59,588 bases of DNA from Pseudomonadota bacterium (lineage in GTDB: Bacteria; UBA10199; 2-02-FULL-44-16; JBDRGF01). This document shows, piece by piece, positions 10,220 to 21,044 of the stretch. The stretch covers positions 1-59,588 of the forward strand of contig JBDRGF010000071.1 in NCBI GenBank assembly GCA_043818055.1. The letters are read 5' to 3'. Under the pieces are notes generated by a model. That model saw only the letters and a list, made by a program, of their open reading frames with translations. It was not told the origin of the DNA and did no database searches. The translations under genes and the position numbers were made by a program. Numbering within the stretch: position 1 is the first letter of the stretch; each line of letters starts with the position of its first letter.

Positions 10220-10585
10220 TCACTTCAGGTGTTCCTGAACCTTGGATATCAAAAATGCGGGATCGAATGGCTTTGTTATGTATTCATCCGCTCCAACCGC
10301 CTTCCCTATGATCTTGTCCTCCTCCTGATCCTTCACTGTCAGAATAATGATTGGAATATGACGATACTCATCATCCGACTTCAAAAATCTGCAGACATCG
10401 TAACCGTAAAGTTTCGGCATCATGATATCCAGAATGATAAGATCCGGTTTTTCGGTTCTAGCCATCTCCAGCCCCTGCTTGCCGTCATACGCAACGATAG
10501 TCTCGTAACCGAGACTATTCAGACGCACTTCCAGAAGTTCAACCAGATCCTTCTCATCTTCGATTATCAATATTCTTGCTGACAT
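10220..10585 (-). CDS. Single-domain response regulator
   Basis: ILIIEDE, PDLIILDIMMP, LT, YITKPF receiver motifs. Confidence 0.95.
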   Translation of the reverse strand: MSARILIIEDEKDLVELLEVRLNSLGYETIVAYDGKQGLEMARTEKPDLIILDIMMPKLYGYDVCRFLKSDDEYRHIPIIILTVKDQEEDKIIGKAVGADEYITKPFDPAFLISKVQEHLK

Positions 10586-10679
10586 AGCACCCTCTCCTTT
10601 TTATTGTTATCTGGTGATTATATATAATTCAAAGCATTTATCTACAACAAACTTATTTTTTTGAATGGATTTTGGGTTA

Positions 10680-11810
10680 TTACCTCACTGGAGAGGTCCT
10701 TAGGTCTCTCGGCAAAATAAAGATAAAATTGCTCCCCAGTCCATGTTCGCTCTCAACCCAGATCCTCCCCTTATGGAGCTCAACAATATCCTTTGTGATC
10801 GACAAACCTAAACCTGTCCCATCCTTGGAGACATCGATAATCCGTCGAAACTTATCAAATATTGTCTCCAGATGATCCTTCGGAATTCCATCACCTGTAT
10901 CTGAGATTTCAAAACGGACACTTTCACCCTCTTCCTTGCACTTAACAGCTATTTTACCCTTTGAGGGTGTGTATTTTATAGCATTGTTCAAAAGGTTGAT
11001 GATTACCTCGGTCAACTTATCTCTATCCCCCCATATTGAACCGATATCATCCGGAACATCTTTCTCCAGGCTTAAACCATTTTTTGAAATTTCATGTTCA
11101 TATGAGAAGAGAATTTCATCGACAAGTTCACCAAGATCGAAGCACTCCCTTTTTATATCAAGCTTTCCCATCTCAATGCGGGAAAGTTGCAGGACATCAG
11201 AGACAAGGCGTATCAACCTCTTTACAGTCTTATTCGCCAATTCCAATGTCTTTTTTTGTTGGGGGCCAATCTTTCCAACCGTGCCATCCAGCATCATCTC
11301 AAGAGAGGCCGCTATCACGCTCAATGGATTTCGAAATTCGTGAGATACATTAGCTACAAACTGTGATTTCACTTCATCAACTGCTTTGAGCCTTTTGTTC
11401 TTATCCGCAAGTTTTGCTTCGACCATGATCCTGTCGTGAATATCGACTGAAAAGCCGACTATTCCTGTGATGTTGCCATCTTTATCTTTGAACGGAATTT
11501 TATTCGTTTCAAAAAATCTGGTTCCATGGCAAGTTTCAACCTCTTCAACAATCCCCTTTTTGGGAAGGTCTGTTTCTACAACCTCCTTATCATCATTCCA
11601 ATACCCTTTGGCCTGATTCGGAAAGATGTCAAAACAGGATTTTCCCTCCACATCCTCTCTTTTGAGACCAGTCATATCCAAAAATGCCTTATTAACCCGC
11701 ACCATGCGATTATTGACATCTTTATAAAAGATCAAAGCTGGTATGGAATCGAATATGTTCTGATGTTCGTGTAATATGGCCTTGAGGTCGGAAAATTCCT
11801 TTTGATTCAT
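10680..11810 (-). CDS. Cytoplasmic PAS-domain sensor histidine kinase
   Basis: PAS/PAC, H-box SHEFRNPL, N-box NLLNNAIKY, DTGDGI, GTGLGL; ATG 11810 preferred over 11927. Confidence 0.9.
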   Translation of the reverse strand: MNQKEFSDLKAILHEHQNIFDSIPALIFYKDVNNRMVRVNKAFLDMTGLKREDVEGKSCFDIFPNQAKGYWNDDKEVVETDLPKKGIVEEVETCHGTRFFETNKIPFKDKDGNITGIVGFSVDIHDRIMVEAKLADKNKRLKAVDEVKSQFVANVSHEFRNPLSVIAASLEMMLDGTVGKIGPQQKKTLELANKTVKRLIRLVSDVLQLSRIEMGKLDIKRECFDLGELVDEILFSYEHEISKNGLSLEKDVPDDIGSIWGDRDKLTEVIINLLNNAIKYTPSKGKIAVKCKEEGESVRFEISDTGDGIPKDHLETIFDKFRRIIDVSKDGTGLGLSITKDIVELHKGRIWVESEHGLGSNFIFILPRDLRTSPVR

Positions 11811-11937
11811 ATGGATATCCCTTTTAAGTTGAAAAAACCCGAATATTTTGCTTTTGAATAAAACCAACGATTCGCCGGGATGAATTTCAGATTTTGTTAT
11901 TTTATAGAAAAAAGAGTTACTCCACAAGAAAAAATTA

Positions 11938-13092
11938 TTATTTTATTAAGCGATGGGTATGTCTGGCTATTATTAGATCTTCGTTCGTCGGTATGACACG
12001 AACAGGGAAACTGCTCTTATTAGTGCTTATAACTTCCGCATGTTTTTTGTTCTTCTTCTCATCCAATTCGATACCGAGATATTTCAAACCTTTGCATACT
12101 ATCGAACGAACTAAAGCTGCACGTTCCCCGATGCCGCCTGTAAAGACCAAAAGATCGACTCCGCCTAAAGCTGCGGAAAATCCCCCTATCTCTTTCTTAA
12201 GTTGATAACAGAACATATCGATTGCAAGAGCTGCTTTAGCGTTTTTTCCGCTCTTTTCTAAAAGTGTTTTCATATCAGAACTTAAGCCTGAGACTCCCAG
12301 TAAACCCGATTGATCGTTGATCAGTCTTTCAATACCTTTTCCGCTCATCCCCTTCTGATTGATCAGATAAATAAGAATACCCGGATCGAGATCTCCGGGG
12401 CGGGTCCCCATCATAAAACCACCGGCGGGTGTAAAACCCATAGTAGTATCAATCGATTTTCCACTCTTAACAGCAGCCAGGCTCGCACCGTTTCCAAGGT
12501 GAGCGATTATAACTCTGGAATATTTTCTAACATCGATACAGCTTACGATATATTCATATGAAAGGCCATGAAAACCGTAGCGCTCAACGCCCTCTTTATG
12601 AAGATATTCGGGCAAAGGAAAGCGCTTTGCGACCTCCGGCATATTTCTGTGAAATGCAGTGTCGAAACAAGCCACCTGTTTTAATTTAGGAAATCTTTTT
12701 TCGACAGATTCGACACAGACAATTTCAGATGGGAGATGAAGCGGCGCAAATGGGATCAACCCATTCAAAGTTTTGACAAGTTTATTATCAACGACAGCTG
12801 GCTTACAATAACTCTTCCCGCCATGCACAATACGATGACCGACGGCATCAGGAACTGGCAGCCGCAAAGCCTTTAGCTCTACAAACATTCTATCGATAGC
12901 AATATTATGATTTTTAAAATCGGCCTTTTGAATGCGTTTTTTTCCTGAACAATCGATCCAGCAGATACCACCCTTCAAACCGATTCGCTCGATCGCCCCC
13001 TTTGCCAAAAGTTCCTCACCTCTACCCATATTATAGAGGGCAAATTTCAGAGAGGATGAACCGCTGTTGATGCATAATATATGCCTTTTCAT
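11938..13092 (-). CDS. ackA: Acetate kinase
   Basis: INSGSSSLKF, GHRIVHGG, FDTAFH, RYGFHGLS, HLGNGAS, FTGGIGE, PTNED; ATG overlaps the xfp stop. Confidence 0.95.
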   Translation of the reverse strand: MKRHILCINSGSSSLKFALYNMGRGEELLAKGAIERIGLKGGICWIDCSGKKRIQKADFKNHNIAIDRMFVELKALRLPVPDAVGHRIVHGGKSYCKPAVVDNKLVKTLNGLIPFAPLHLPSEIVCVESVEKRFPKLKQVACFDTAFHRNMPEVAKRFPLPEYLHKEGVERYGFHGLSYEYIVSCIDVRKYSRVIIAHLGNGASLAAVKSGKSIDTTMGFTPAGGFMMGTRPGDLDPGILIYLINQKGMSGKGIERLINDQSGLLGVSGLSSDMKTLLEKSGKNAKAALAIDMFCYQLKKEIGGFSAALGGVDLLVFTGGIGERAALVRSIVCKGLKYLGIELDEKKNKKHAEVISTNKSSFPVRVIPTNEDLIIARHTHRLIK

Positions 13093-15455
13093 CAATAGCT
13101 CCACTTCCATTCCCTGATCTCTGGCATATCCTGACCGACCTTTCGAATATAATTTTTGTGATCGATGAGCTTGTTCCTGATCAGCTGTCTCATGTGCGCA
13201 GCGACTCCGCTGAGCGACGGTGCGCGATCAACGACATCCTGAGCCAGATGAAAGCGATCGATCAGATTAAGAACGGTCATATCGAATGGAGTTGTTGTCG
13301 TCCCCTCCTCTATGTAACCGCGGACGTGGAGATTTTTATGATTCGTTCTTCGATATGTAAGACGATGAATCAGCCAGGGGTATCCATGATAGGCAAAGAT
13401 GATCGGTTTATCTTTAGTAAAGAGATCATCAAACTCCTTGTCGGATAGACCATGCGGATGCTCCCTTTCCGGCTGAAGCGTCATGAGATCAACGACATTG
13501 ACCACCCTTATTTTAAGGGAGGGAACATTCTGTCTCAACAAATCTACAGCTGCCAAAGTCTCAAGGGTTGGGACATCGCCACAGCAGGCCATCACAACAT
13601 CGGGTTCCATTCCATCGTCAGTGCTGGCCCACTCCCACATTCCGATTCCGACTGTGCAATGTTTTATAGCCGCATCCATGTCGAGCCACTGCAGTTGAGG
13701 CTGCTTCCCTGCAACTATCACATTCACATAATCACGGCTCCTGAGGCAGTGATCGGTAACGGACAGCAGAGTATTAGCGTCCGGCGGAAAATAGACGCGA
13801 ACTATTTCGGCCTTCTTGTTGACGACATGATCGATAAAGCCGGGATCCTGATGGCTGAAACCGTTGTGATCCTGACGCCAGACATGCGATGTGAGAAGAT
13901 AATTGAGAGAGGCGATGGGACGACGCCACTCTATCCCCTTCGTCACCTTGAGCCACTTCGCGTGCTGATTGAACATCGAATCGATTATGTGAATGAATGC
14001 CTCATAACATGAGAACAAGCCGTGCCTGCCCGTCAGGAGATAACCCTCAAGCCAGCCCTGACAAGTATGTTCACTCAATATCTCCATCACACGACCATCT
14101 GAAGCAAGATGATCATCTTCCGGCAGGGTCTTTGCGAGCCACGCACGATTGGTAACATCGAAAAGATCGCCCAGCCTGTTCGATTTGGTTTCGTCGGGGC
14201 CTACCACACGAAAATTTTTGCTCTTCATGTTCAGCTTCATCACATCGCGCAAAAACTTTCCCATCTGGCGAATCGACTCGGCCTCTTCCTTTCCGGGCTT
14301 TTGCACTTCGACAGCATATTCTCTAAAGTCGGGAATCTTAAGATCGTGAAGCTTTAGTCCTCCGTTGGCATGGGGGTTATCACCCATGCGACGTTTGCCA
14401 GAGGGGGCCAAAGAGGCGAGTTCGTGTTTCAACTTGCCGTTCTTGTCGAATAGCTCCTGAGGTTTATAGCTCTTCATCCAATCTTCCAGAATTTTTATGT
14501 GAGCCGGCTTCTCGGCGAGCTCAGAGAGCGGCACCTGATGCGAACGCCAATACCCCTCTGTCTTTAAACCATCTACCTCTTTGGGACCCGTCCACCCTTT
14601 AGGTGTTCTGAAGATAATCATCGGCCAAAATGGACGCTTCGATTTTTTTGTCGCTCTGGCAGTCTTTTGTATCTTTTTGATCTCGCCAAAAACCTTCTCC
14701 AAAGTGGAGGCCATAAGCGCATGCATCTTTTTGGGATCCGAGCCCTCAACAAAATATGGCTTGTAGCCATAACCGATAAAGAGATTTTTTAGTTCATCAT
14801 TGCTTATGCGAGCCAGCACCGTCGGATTTGCGATCTTGTAGCCATTCAAATGCAAAATGGGGAGCACAGCTCCATCTGTGATGGGATCGAGAAATTTATT
14901 TGAATGCCACGCTGTAGCCAGCGGCCCTGTTTCCGCCTCACCATCACCGACGACACAGGCGACGATAAGATCAGGATTATCGAGCACCGCTCCATAGGCA
15001 TGTGAGACAGAGTAGCCGAGCTCACCACCCTCGTGAATGGAGCCGGGCGTCTCGGGAGCGACATGACTTGGAATGCCTCCCGGAAATGAGAACTGTTTGA
15101 AGAGCCTTTTCATCCCCGACTCATCCTGTGAGATATTTGGATAATATTCGCTATAAGTACCTTCAAGATAAGTGTTGGCAACGAGCGCCGGCCCCCCGTG
15201 CCCAGGCCCCGCAATGAATATCATATTAAGATCATGCTTCTTTATAACCCGATTAAGATGTGCATAGATGAAATTAAGTCCTGGTGTCGTTCCCCAATGC
15301 CCCAAAAGACGGGGTTTTATGTGATTGAGTTTGAGCGGCTCTTTCAACAGTGGATTGTCGAGCAGATAGATCTGACCGACAGAGAGATAGTTGGCCGCGC
15401 GCCAATATGCGTCGATAAGTTTTAGCTCGTTATTTGAAAGAATCTTTTTCATCAT
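13092..15455 (-). CDS. xfp: Xylulose-5-P/fructose-6-P phosphoketolase
   Basis: [24 protein letters not shown] motif GDGEAETGP...[20 protein letters not shown]. Confidence 0.97.
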   Translation of the reverse strand: MMKKILSNNELKLIDAYWRAANYLSVGQIYLLDNPLLKEPLKLNHIKPRLLGHWGTTPGLNFIYAHLNRVIKKHDLNMIFIAGPGHGGPALVANTYLEGTYSEYYPNISQDESGMKRLFKQFSFPGGIPSHVAPETPGSIHEGGELGYSVSHAYGAVLDNPDLIVACVVGDGEAETGPLATAWHSNKFLDPITDGAVLPILHLNGYKIANPTVLARISNDELKNLFIGYGYKPYFVEGSDPKKMHALMASTLEKVFGEIKKIQKTARATKKSKRPFWPMIIFRTPKGWTGPKEVDGLKTEGYWRSHQVPLSELAEKPAHIKILEDWMKSYKPQELFDKNGKLKHELASLAPSGKRRMGDNPHANGGLKLHDLKIPDFREYAVEVQKPGKEEAESIRQMGKFLRDVMKLNMKSKNFRVVGPDETKSNRLGDLFDVTNRAWLAKTLPEDDHLASDGRVMEILSEHTCQGWLEGYLLTGRHGLFSCYEAFIHIIDSMFNQHAKWLKVTKGIEWRRPIASLNYLLTSHVWRQDHNGFSHQDPGFIDHVVNKKAEIVRVYFPPDANTLLSVTDHCLRSRDYVNVIVAGKQPQLQWLDMDAAIKHCTVGIGMWEWASTDDGMEPDVVMACCGDVPTLETLAAVDLLRQNVPSLKIRVVNVVDLMTLQPEREHPHGLSDKEFDDLFTKDKPIIFAYHGYPWLIHRLTYRRTNHKNLHVRGYIEEGTTTTPFDMTVLNLIDRFHLAQDVVDRAPSLSGVAAHMRQLIRNKLIDHKNYIRKVGQDMPEIREWKWSY

Positions 15456-15573
15456 TCCCCCTTTTTTGCGATTTGGAGCAATCTAACATCAGAGGCTGTT
15501 CATTGCAATCTAACATCGGATTTTTTTCAAAAACAAAATCTATTTTCTTGAAGAATTCAAACTTCCTATTGAG

Positions 15574-17637
15574 CTATAAAATTAAACCAAGTTTCCTCTT
15601 AATATGCCGCAAATATTTAAGTGCGCTATTAATATGTTTTTCCTCACTATCGGGAATATTCTTTTCGAGCCTATAGGCCAAGTATTCTTCATATTTTTCA
15701 AGATCAAAGTTTGAAAGCATTTCAGGATGAAAACGAGAAACATGATATGCGAGAAAAACCAACCCATAAACAGAGCGGGAAAAAGGAAGTTTTTTGTAAT
15801 CGTCAACATCTATGCTTTGTTGAAAATAATTCAGCGCTGATAAAATCAAATCACAGTTTTTAGATTTAGCATATAAATCTGTACATACAAATCCAAGCTC
15901 CTGTCTAATCTGTCTCAGAGATTTATTATCCTTAACATAACGTTCCATTGCTATAAGAAGTCGTTTTGCAGCTTCATATTTCTTCATATGTCTAAGCGCA
16001 GAGACTGCAATGATAAGATCCTTATAACTACGTGAAGCGGATTTAATAAGAGTTACCAATAGCTCTGAATATTTTTTCTGATTATACAATTCTACCAATT
16101 CAGAATTCCTTCGAGTTTTTTTCCCCCGATTGACAAATAGAGCTTCAAAAATAAAAACATCAGAATCACATATAAGCATAAACAGAGATAAAAGAGTATC
16201 GTCATCCAAAGATTGAATTTTACTCTGATTATCACCCCATATACAGGCACAAAAAGCAGCTTTTCCTATATGTACACCACGTCGCAACAATTCACTTCCC
16301 AATACAGTATTCGGCATTATGGTGGCGGCATCAATAACATCTACAATTCTATCTAAAAGAGTTGAGATTTTTGGAAAATTCAAAAGAGAGCGTTCTCGAA
16401 CATATCCTGCCTGAAAAGCCTCTTCTAAAATAACTGATGCACTTGATATATTAGGATGCTCGGACAAGATTTGGTGTTCAAGTAATATCTGTAAGAGAAC
16501 GAAATAGATTTCCTTATTTGGCACAATATTTAGTCTTTTCATATCCTTATATATCTTCAATGCCTGAGTCGAATTATTACTATTCCTGCACTTGTTCAAC
16601 ATTTGCAGACAATCATCGACGGTTGACTCACATAATATTTTTTGTTTGTTTTTTCCAGAATCGCTAGAATGTTTAGTTTTCTTTACTTTTTTTATCTCAC
16701 CAGCTTTTTGTAAGAGTTTTTGAGACTCGTCATTTAATCCAGCATTTCCCATCATTTCAGCAAGAAAGATATAAGTCGATTTGTTGATAGGAAGAGCAAG
16801 AGCTTCGGTTCTTTCAAGCGTATCGAGTGCACAACCGTACGCCCCTCTTCTCGCATAGTAATGCACAAAAGAAGCACCAACACAGAGAGCGTCAGGAAGA
16901 AATGACAACAAAGTTTCACAGCGATTATCACGTCTTGTTGGATCAGAACAGCCCTTCAATCTTTTATAAAAATAGTGACGAAACTGTTCATAGTGAGAAG
17001 GAGCTATACCAATACCCATCTTAAACAATAGATGAAGCGTCTCAAAAGCTTCATATAATTTCTTTTGATATGAATTTAAGAGACCAAGAGTTTCAAGTCC
17101 AAGCTCCAGATTTTCGTGGTCGATGAAAGGCTCTTCAACAACAGCGACAGTTGAATCAGTCATTATATCTGATAATATTTTTTCCATTTGAAATGGTGAT
17201 GCATTTGTAATTTTTAATGATATCTTCCTCTCAAACATTTCCTCAACAACAGAACCTCTCAACTGCATCCTGTAACATTCAAGGTCCTCATCTGATGAGG
17301 CTCCAGAAGTGTGCCAGATAAATGCTAAATGATCGAGATCTCTGGATTTGCTCAATGTGGGTTTCAATAACACCTCATGGTAATAACTGGCGCCCGATAG
17401 AAAAAAAGACAAGTGAGTCATCCACCCTCTTTTAAAATTGATGTCCCCCATCAAATGTGAATGTGTACTAAAATCAAATATTTTTTTGGGAGGCTTAAGA
17501 CTCACAAAGACTTCACCAGCAGCTTGTGAAGGCGTGACATTCGGAGAAAAATTACTACAGGGCAGAAATGAAGAGTTATTCAATATTTTCAACCAGTTGT
17601 TTGGAATTCGGTTCATAGATGTTTGTTCTAATTTCAC
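15574..17637 (-). CDS. Large helical-repeat protein with PPR-like motifs
   Basis: 687-aa AT-rich ORF. LNKCRNSNNSTQALKIYKDMKRLNIVPNKEIYFVLL and FVHYYARRGAYGCALDTLERTEALALPINKSTYIFLAEMMGNAG resemble 35-aa PPR units; TPR-like C-terminus. Confidence 0.6.
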   Translation of the reverse strand: MKLEQTSMNRIPNNWLKILNNSSFLPCSNFSPNVTPSQAAGEVFVSLKPPKKIFDFSTHSHLMGDINFKRGWMTHLSFFLSGASYYHEVLLKPTLSKSRDLDHLAFIWHTSGASSDEDLECYRMQLRGSVVEEMFERKISLKITNASPFQMEKILSDIMTDSTVAVVEEPFIDHENLELGLETLGLLNSYQKKLYEAFETLHLLFKMGIGIAPSHYEQFRHYFYKRLKGCSDPTRRDNRCETLLSFLPDALCVGASFVHYYARRGAYGCALDTLERTEALALPINKSTYIFLAEMMGNAGLNDESQKLLQKAGEIKKVKKTKHSSDSGKNKQKILCESTVDDCLQMLNKCRNSNNSTQALKIYKDMKRLNIVPNKEIYFVLLQILLEHQILSEHPNISSASVILEEAFQAGYVRERSLLNFPKISTLLDRIVDVIDAATIMPNTVLGSELLRRGVHIGKAAFCACIWGDNQSKIQSLDDDTLLSLFMLICDSDVFIFEALFVNRGKKTRRNSELVELYNQKKYSELLVTLIKSASRSYKDLIIAVSALRHMKKYEAAKRLLIAMERYVKDNKSLRQIRQELGFVCTDLYAKSKNCDLILSALNYFQQSIDVDDYKKLPFSRSVYGLVFLAYHVSRFHPEMLSNFDLEKYEEYLAYRLEKNIPDSEEKHINSALKYLRHIKRKLGLIL

Positions 17638-17869
17638 TATTTTTTTTATATATGCTTATATCCCGCAAATCACTATGTAAAGGCGATATTTTCTAGACCA
17701 GCTACATCAAAACATTATTTTTCTTCTTTCATCTTCCGCGATTTATGCTATCAACACCCGCATGTTGCTGATAAAAAAACACTCAAGATGGAACCAGAGA
17801 TTGAACAACTAACCAACTGGAAAACATACATTTAAAACCCTTCTCTTTTGAAAACCCATTCATCGATTG

Positions 17870-17918
17870 TTGTTGCATGAAATTTGTTGCATGAAATTTG
17901 TTGCAATTTCGTGCAACA
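17870..17918. promoter_or_regulatory. Direct/inverted repeat operator-like site upstream of the AAA ATPase
   Basis: TTGTTGCATGAAAT x2, a partial third copy, and the inverted copy ATTTCGTGCAACA. Confidence 0.55.
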
Positions 17919-17955
17919 TGTGAGATTTTCGCCATGGAAATCATGGAGGCTAAAG

Positions 17956-19101
17956 ATGAAAAATCCTTTTATATTTGGCAAGGTTGTACAAAAACCCCAG
18001 TTTATAAACAGAAAAGACGAATTAAAACGACTCACGACTTTGCTCGAGGGACATAACAATGTTCTTTTGTTGGGAGATCGCCGGATAGGAAAAACATCTC
18101 TAATATTGCAAGTGCTTGAAAAACTTAAAGCAAAAAAATATCCCTGTTTTTATTTAAATCTGGACCCGATCGAAGATATAACAATCTTCATAGAAAAATT
18201 CAGCAACCTCTTCACAACACACAGATCCTTCGGCTCAAAAGCAGTTAAATATATCGGTAAAACTATCAAAGGTATTCAGCTGAAGGCAACTGTTGGAGAT
18301 GATGGCAAACCGGTGATCAACACCAGTTGGGTATCGCCAAAAAACGAACAATCATATGATATCGCGCAGGTGCTGGCCATTCCCCAAATGCTGGCAGAAA
18401 AAAATGAATCTCCATTTATAATTGCCATAGATGAGTTTCAAATGATCAGCGAAATTCAGGTAAAGGGGATTAACCTTATCGGAGAGCTGAGAAATCAGGT
18501 TATGAGATCTCAAAATGTCAATTATCTCTTCCTTGGCAGTGAAATCTCAACTCTGGAGCGTCTCTTTTCAGGAAGCAATGAAAAATTTTTCAGCTCCGTT
18601 CAAAAAGAGTTCATCGGCTACATTGATCGCTCGCATTTCATCGAATACATACAATCTCAATTTGAAAAAAGAGATGTCAAAACCCCGGAAGAAATCATCA
18701 ACTTTATGTGTGATTGGTCAAAGGATATCCCAGCTACTATCCAGCAATTGGCCGCGGCAATTTGGGATTTTTTACCGGACAATGTAAAAAAGCTTTCAAT
18801 CGATCTGGTCGAGCAAGCCTTACATGAAGAGGTTGCGAGAAAAGGCGTATATTTTATGCAATTGTGGAAAGGGCTTGATTCTCTCGATCAAAGAATCTTA
18901 CAGAGAATGGCCAGTACTGAATTATCAAACCCCAATGCTTTAGAATTTTACATGCCGTTGGCTGTGGACAGATCTACAGTCTTCCGCCACGTCAACCAGC
19001 TCAGCGAAGGAAAAAAAGGCTATATTCTCCATAAGAGATCAGATGGTATACATTTCTGCGATCCGTTCTTCAGAGAGTGGATTAAGATTACACTTGGATA
19101 A
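17956..19101 (+). CDS. AAA+/archaeal-type ATPase with C-terminal winged helix
   Basis: NPFIFG..FINRKDEL, Walker A GDRRIGKTS, Walker B IAIDEFQ, C-terminal FCDPFFREWI; GGAGG RBS before ATG 17956. Confidence 0.85.
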   Translation: MKNPFIFGKVVQKPQFINRKDELKRLTTLLEGHNNVLLLGDRRIGKTSLILQVLEKLKAKKYPCFYLNLDPIEDITIFIEKFSNLFTTHRSFGSKAVKYIGKTIKGIQLKATVGDDGKPVINTSWVSPKNEQSYDIAQVLAIPQMLAEKNESPFIIAIDEFQMISEIQVKGINLIGELRNQVMRSQNVNYLFLGSEISTLERLFSGSNEKFFSSVQKEFIGYIDRSHFIEYIQSQFEKRDVKTPEEIINFMCDWSKDIPATIQQLAAAIWDFLPDNVKKLSIDLVEQALHEEVARKGVYFMQLWKGLDSLDQRILQRMASTELSNPNALEFYMPLAVDRSTVFRHVNQLSEGKKGYILHKRSDGIHFCDPFFREWIKITLG

Positions 19102-19109
19102 TAGATGAT

Positions 19110-20936
19110 ATGTTGCTGATAGATAAGATTTCAAAATCATATGGTGGTAGCACGCTCTTTGAAGGGGCGAGCATGCAGCTGCAGGCGCGGGATCGGCTGG
19201 GGCTCATCGGCAGAAACGGATCGGGAAAAACAACCCTCTTCAGGATGATACTCGGTGAAGTTGAGCCGGATGCCGGAAAGATCATCCTTCCTTCAGGGTA
19301 CCGGATCGGGCACGTTGCCCAACATTTGAGGTTCACTAAGCCCACCCTCTTAGAAGAGGGATGCCTTGGGTTGCCTCACGATGAAGCCGACGACCTCTAC
19401 AAAGTCGAGCGAATCCTGTTCGGCCTTGGATTTACAAAAGCAGATCTGAACGCAAAGCCTGATAGCTTTTCAGGCGGTTTTCAGGTGAGGCTCAACCTTG
19501 CCAAGATTCTTGTGTCGCGCCCCAACCTTCTATTGCTCGATGAACCAACCAACTATCTCGACATCCTCTCGATTCGCTGGATCGTAAAATTTCTCAAGGG
19601 CTGGAAACACGAGCTGATAATCATCTCACATGACCACGAGTTCATGGACAGCATCATAACACATACCGCACTCATTCACCGGCAGCGAATCAAAAAGCTA
19701 TCCGGAAATATATCAAAAATCTACGCACAGATTAAACAGGACGAAACTGTTTATGAGAAGACACGACTCAGCGAAGAGAAACAGCGAAAACACATGGAGA
19801 AATTTGTAGAGAGATTCAAGGCCAAGGCCAGCAAGGCCTCTCAGGCACAATCGCGCATCAAGATGTTAGAGAAACTACCAAAGAGCGAGGCGCTCTCCCG
19901 CATAGCCGATCTTGAATTTTCGTTTCGCTACGACAGAATCGAAGCAAAGAGGCTCATGTCGGTCGAATCGCTCAATTTCGGCTACGTACCTGAAAAACTT
20001 TTGATCCGCGATCTCGACATGACGATACATTCTGATGACCGCGTGGCCATAGTCGGAAAAAACGGCAGCGGAAAATCAACTCTGATAAGACTCCTGGCAA
20101 ATGAACTCACTCCACTGCACGGCGCTGTCAAAGCACATCCGAAGATTACGGTCGGTTATTTCGGACAGACAAATATCGACAGATTAGATCCGAAGCTCAC
20201 GATAGAGGAAGAGATCTCCTCCGCCAATACAGCCCTGACAAAGACAGAGGTCTTATCGATATGCGGCGTCATGATGTTCGGCGGTGAACTTGCCCAGAAA
20301 AAGATTCAGGTGCTCTCCGGAGGAGAAAAAAGCCGCGTGATGCTGGGTAAGATCATCGCAACTAAAGCCAACATCCTCTTGCTAGACGAACCTTCAAATC
20401 ATCTGGACATGCAATCGACAGAAGCGCTCGTAGATGCGCTAAAAGACTATCCCGGAGCAGTCGTATTCGTAACACATAGCGAGATGCTTTTGCGTTCGAT
20501 CGCAAAAAGGCTGCTTGTATTCCAGGGGGACAAGGTTTCCTGGTTTGAAGGTGAATATGAAGATTTCCTGAATAAGGTCGGCTGGCTCGATGAAAAAGAG
20601 GAGACGAGCGTCAAAAAGAGTCCGAATTCAAAAAAGATCGCGCGTCAACAGAGGGCGGCTATAATTACTGAACGATCAAAAACACTGAAGCCACTGCAGG
20701 TAGAGATAAAAATGCTGGAATCGCGCATTGTAAAACTGGAAGCAGAAGAAGCAGATATAAATGAGAGGCTGGGTCGCGCCTCGCGCGAACAGAATATTGA
20801 AGAGATCGCATCTCTCTCGAAGACATTAAAACAACTCACAGCTGACATTGAAGATAGCTTCAAAAGACTTGAAATCGCGGATGCAAAGCATGAATTGCTC
20901 TCTAATAAATTTTCCAAGCAGATGGGAGAATTATAA
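19110..20936 (+). CDS. ABC-F family ATPase (YheS/Uup-like)
   Basis: Two NBDs (GRNGSGKT/FSGG/LDEPTN; GKNGSGKS/LSGGE/LDEPSN), no TM, coiled-coil tail. Confidence 0.93.
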   Translation: MLLIDKISKSYGGSTLFEGASMQLQARDRLGLIGRNGSGKTTLFRMILGEVEPDAGKIILPSGYRIGHVAQHLRFTKPTLLEEGCLGLPHDEADDLYKVERILFGLGFTKADLNAKPDSFSGGFQVRLNLAKILVSRPNLLLLDEPTNYLDILSIRWIVKFLKGWKHELIIISHDHEFMDSIITHTALIHRQRIKKLSGNISKIYAQIKQDETVYEKTRLSEEKQRKHMEKFVERFKAKASKASQAQSRIKMLEKLPKSEALSRIADLEFSFRYDRIEAKRLMSVESLNFGYVPEKLLIRDLDMTIHSDDRVAIVGKNGSGKSTLIRLLANELTPLHGAVKAHPKITVGYFGQTNIDRLDPKLTIEEEISSANTALTKTEVLSICGVMMFGGELAQKKIQVLSGGEKSRVMLGKIIATKANILLLDEPSNHLDMQSTEALVDALKDYPGAVVFVTHSEMLLRSIAKRLLVFQGDKVSWFEGEYEDFLNKVGWLDEKEETSVKKSPNSKKIARQQRAAIITERSKTLKPLQVEIKMLESRIVKLEAEEADINERLGRASREQNIEEIASLSKTLKQLTADIEDSFKRLEIADAKHELLSNKFSKQMGEL

Positions 20937-21044
20937 TAAATAATCACCGTAAAATAGACCCTTATTTCAAGAGGTTAGATATAATATCACTTGCAACACG
21001 ATAATTTTAGAGCTATTCATCTTATCCCTTAAATGGAGGCACAT

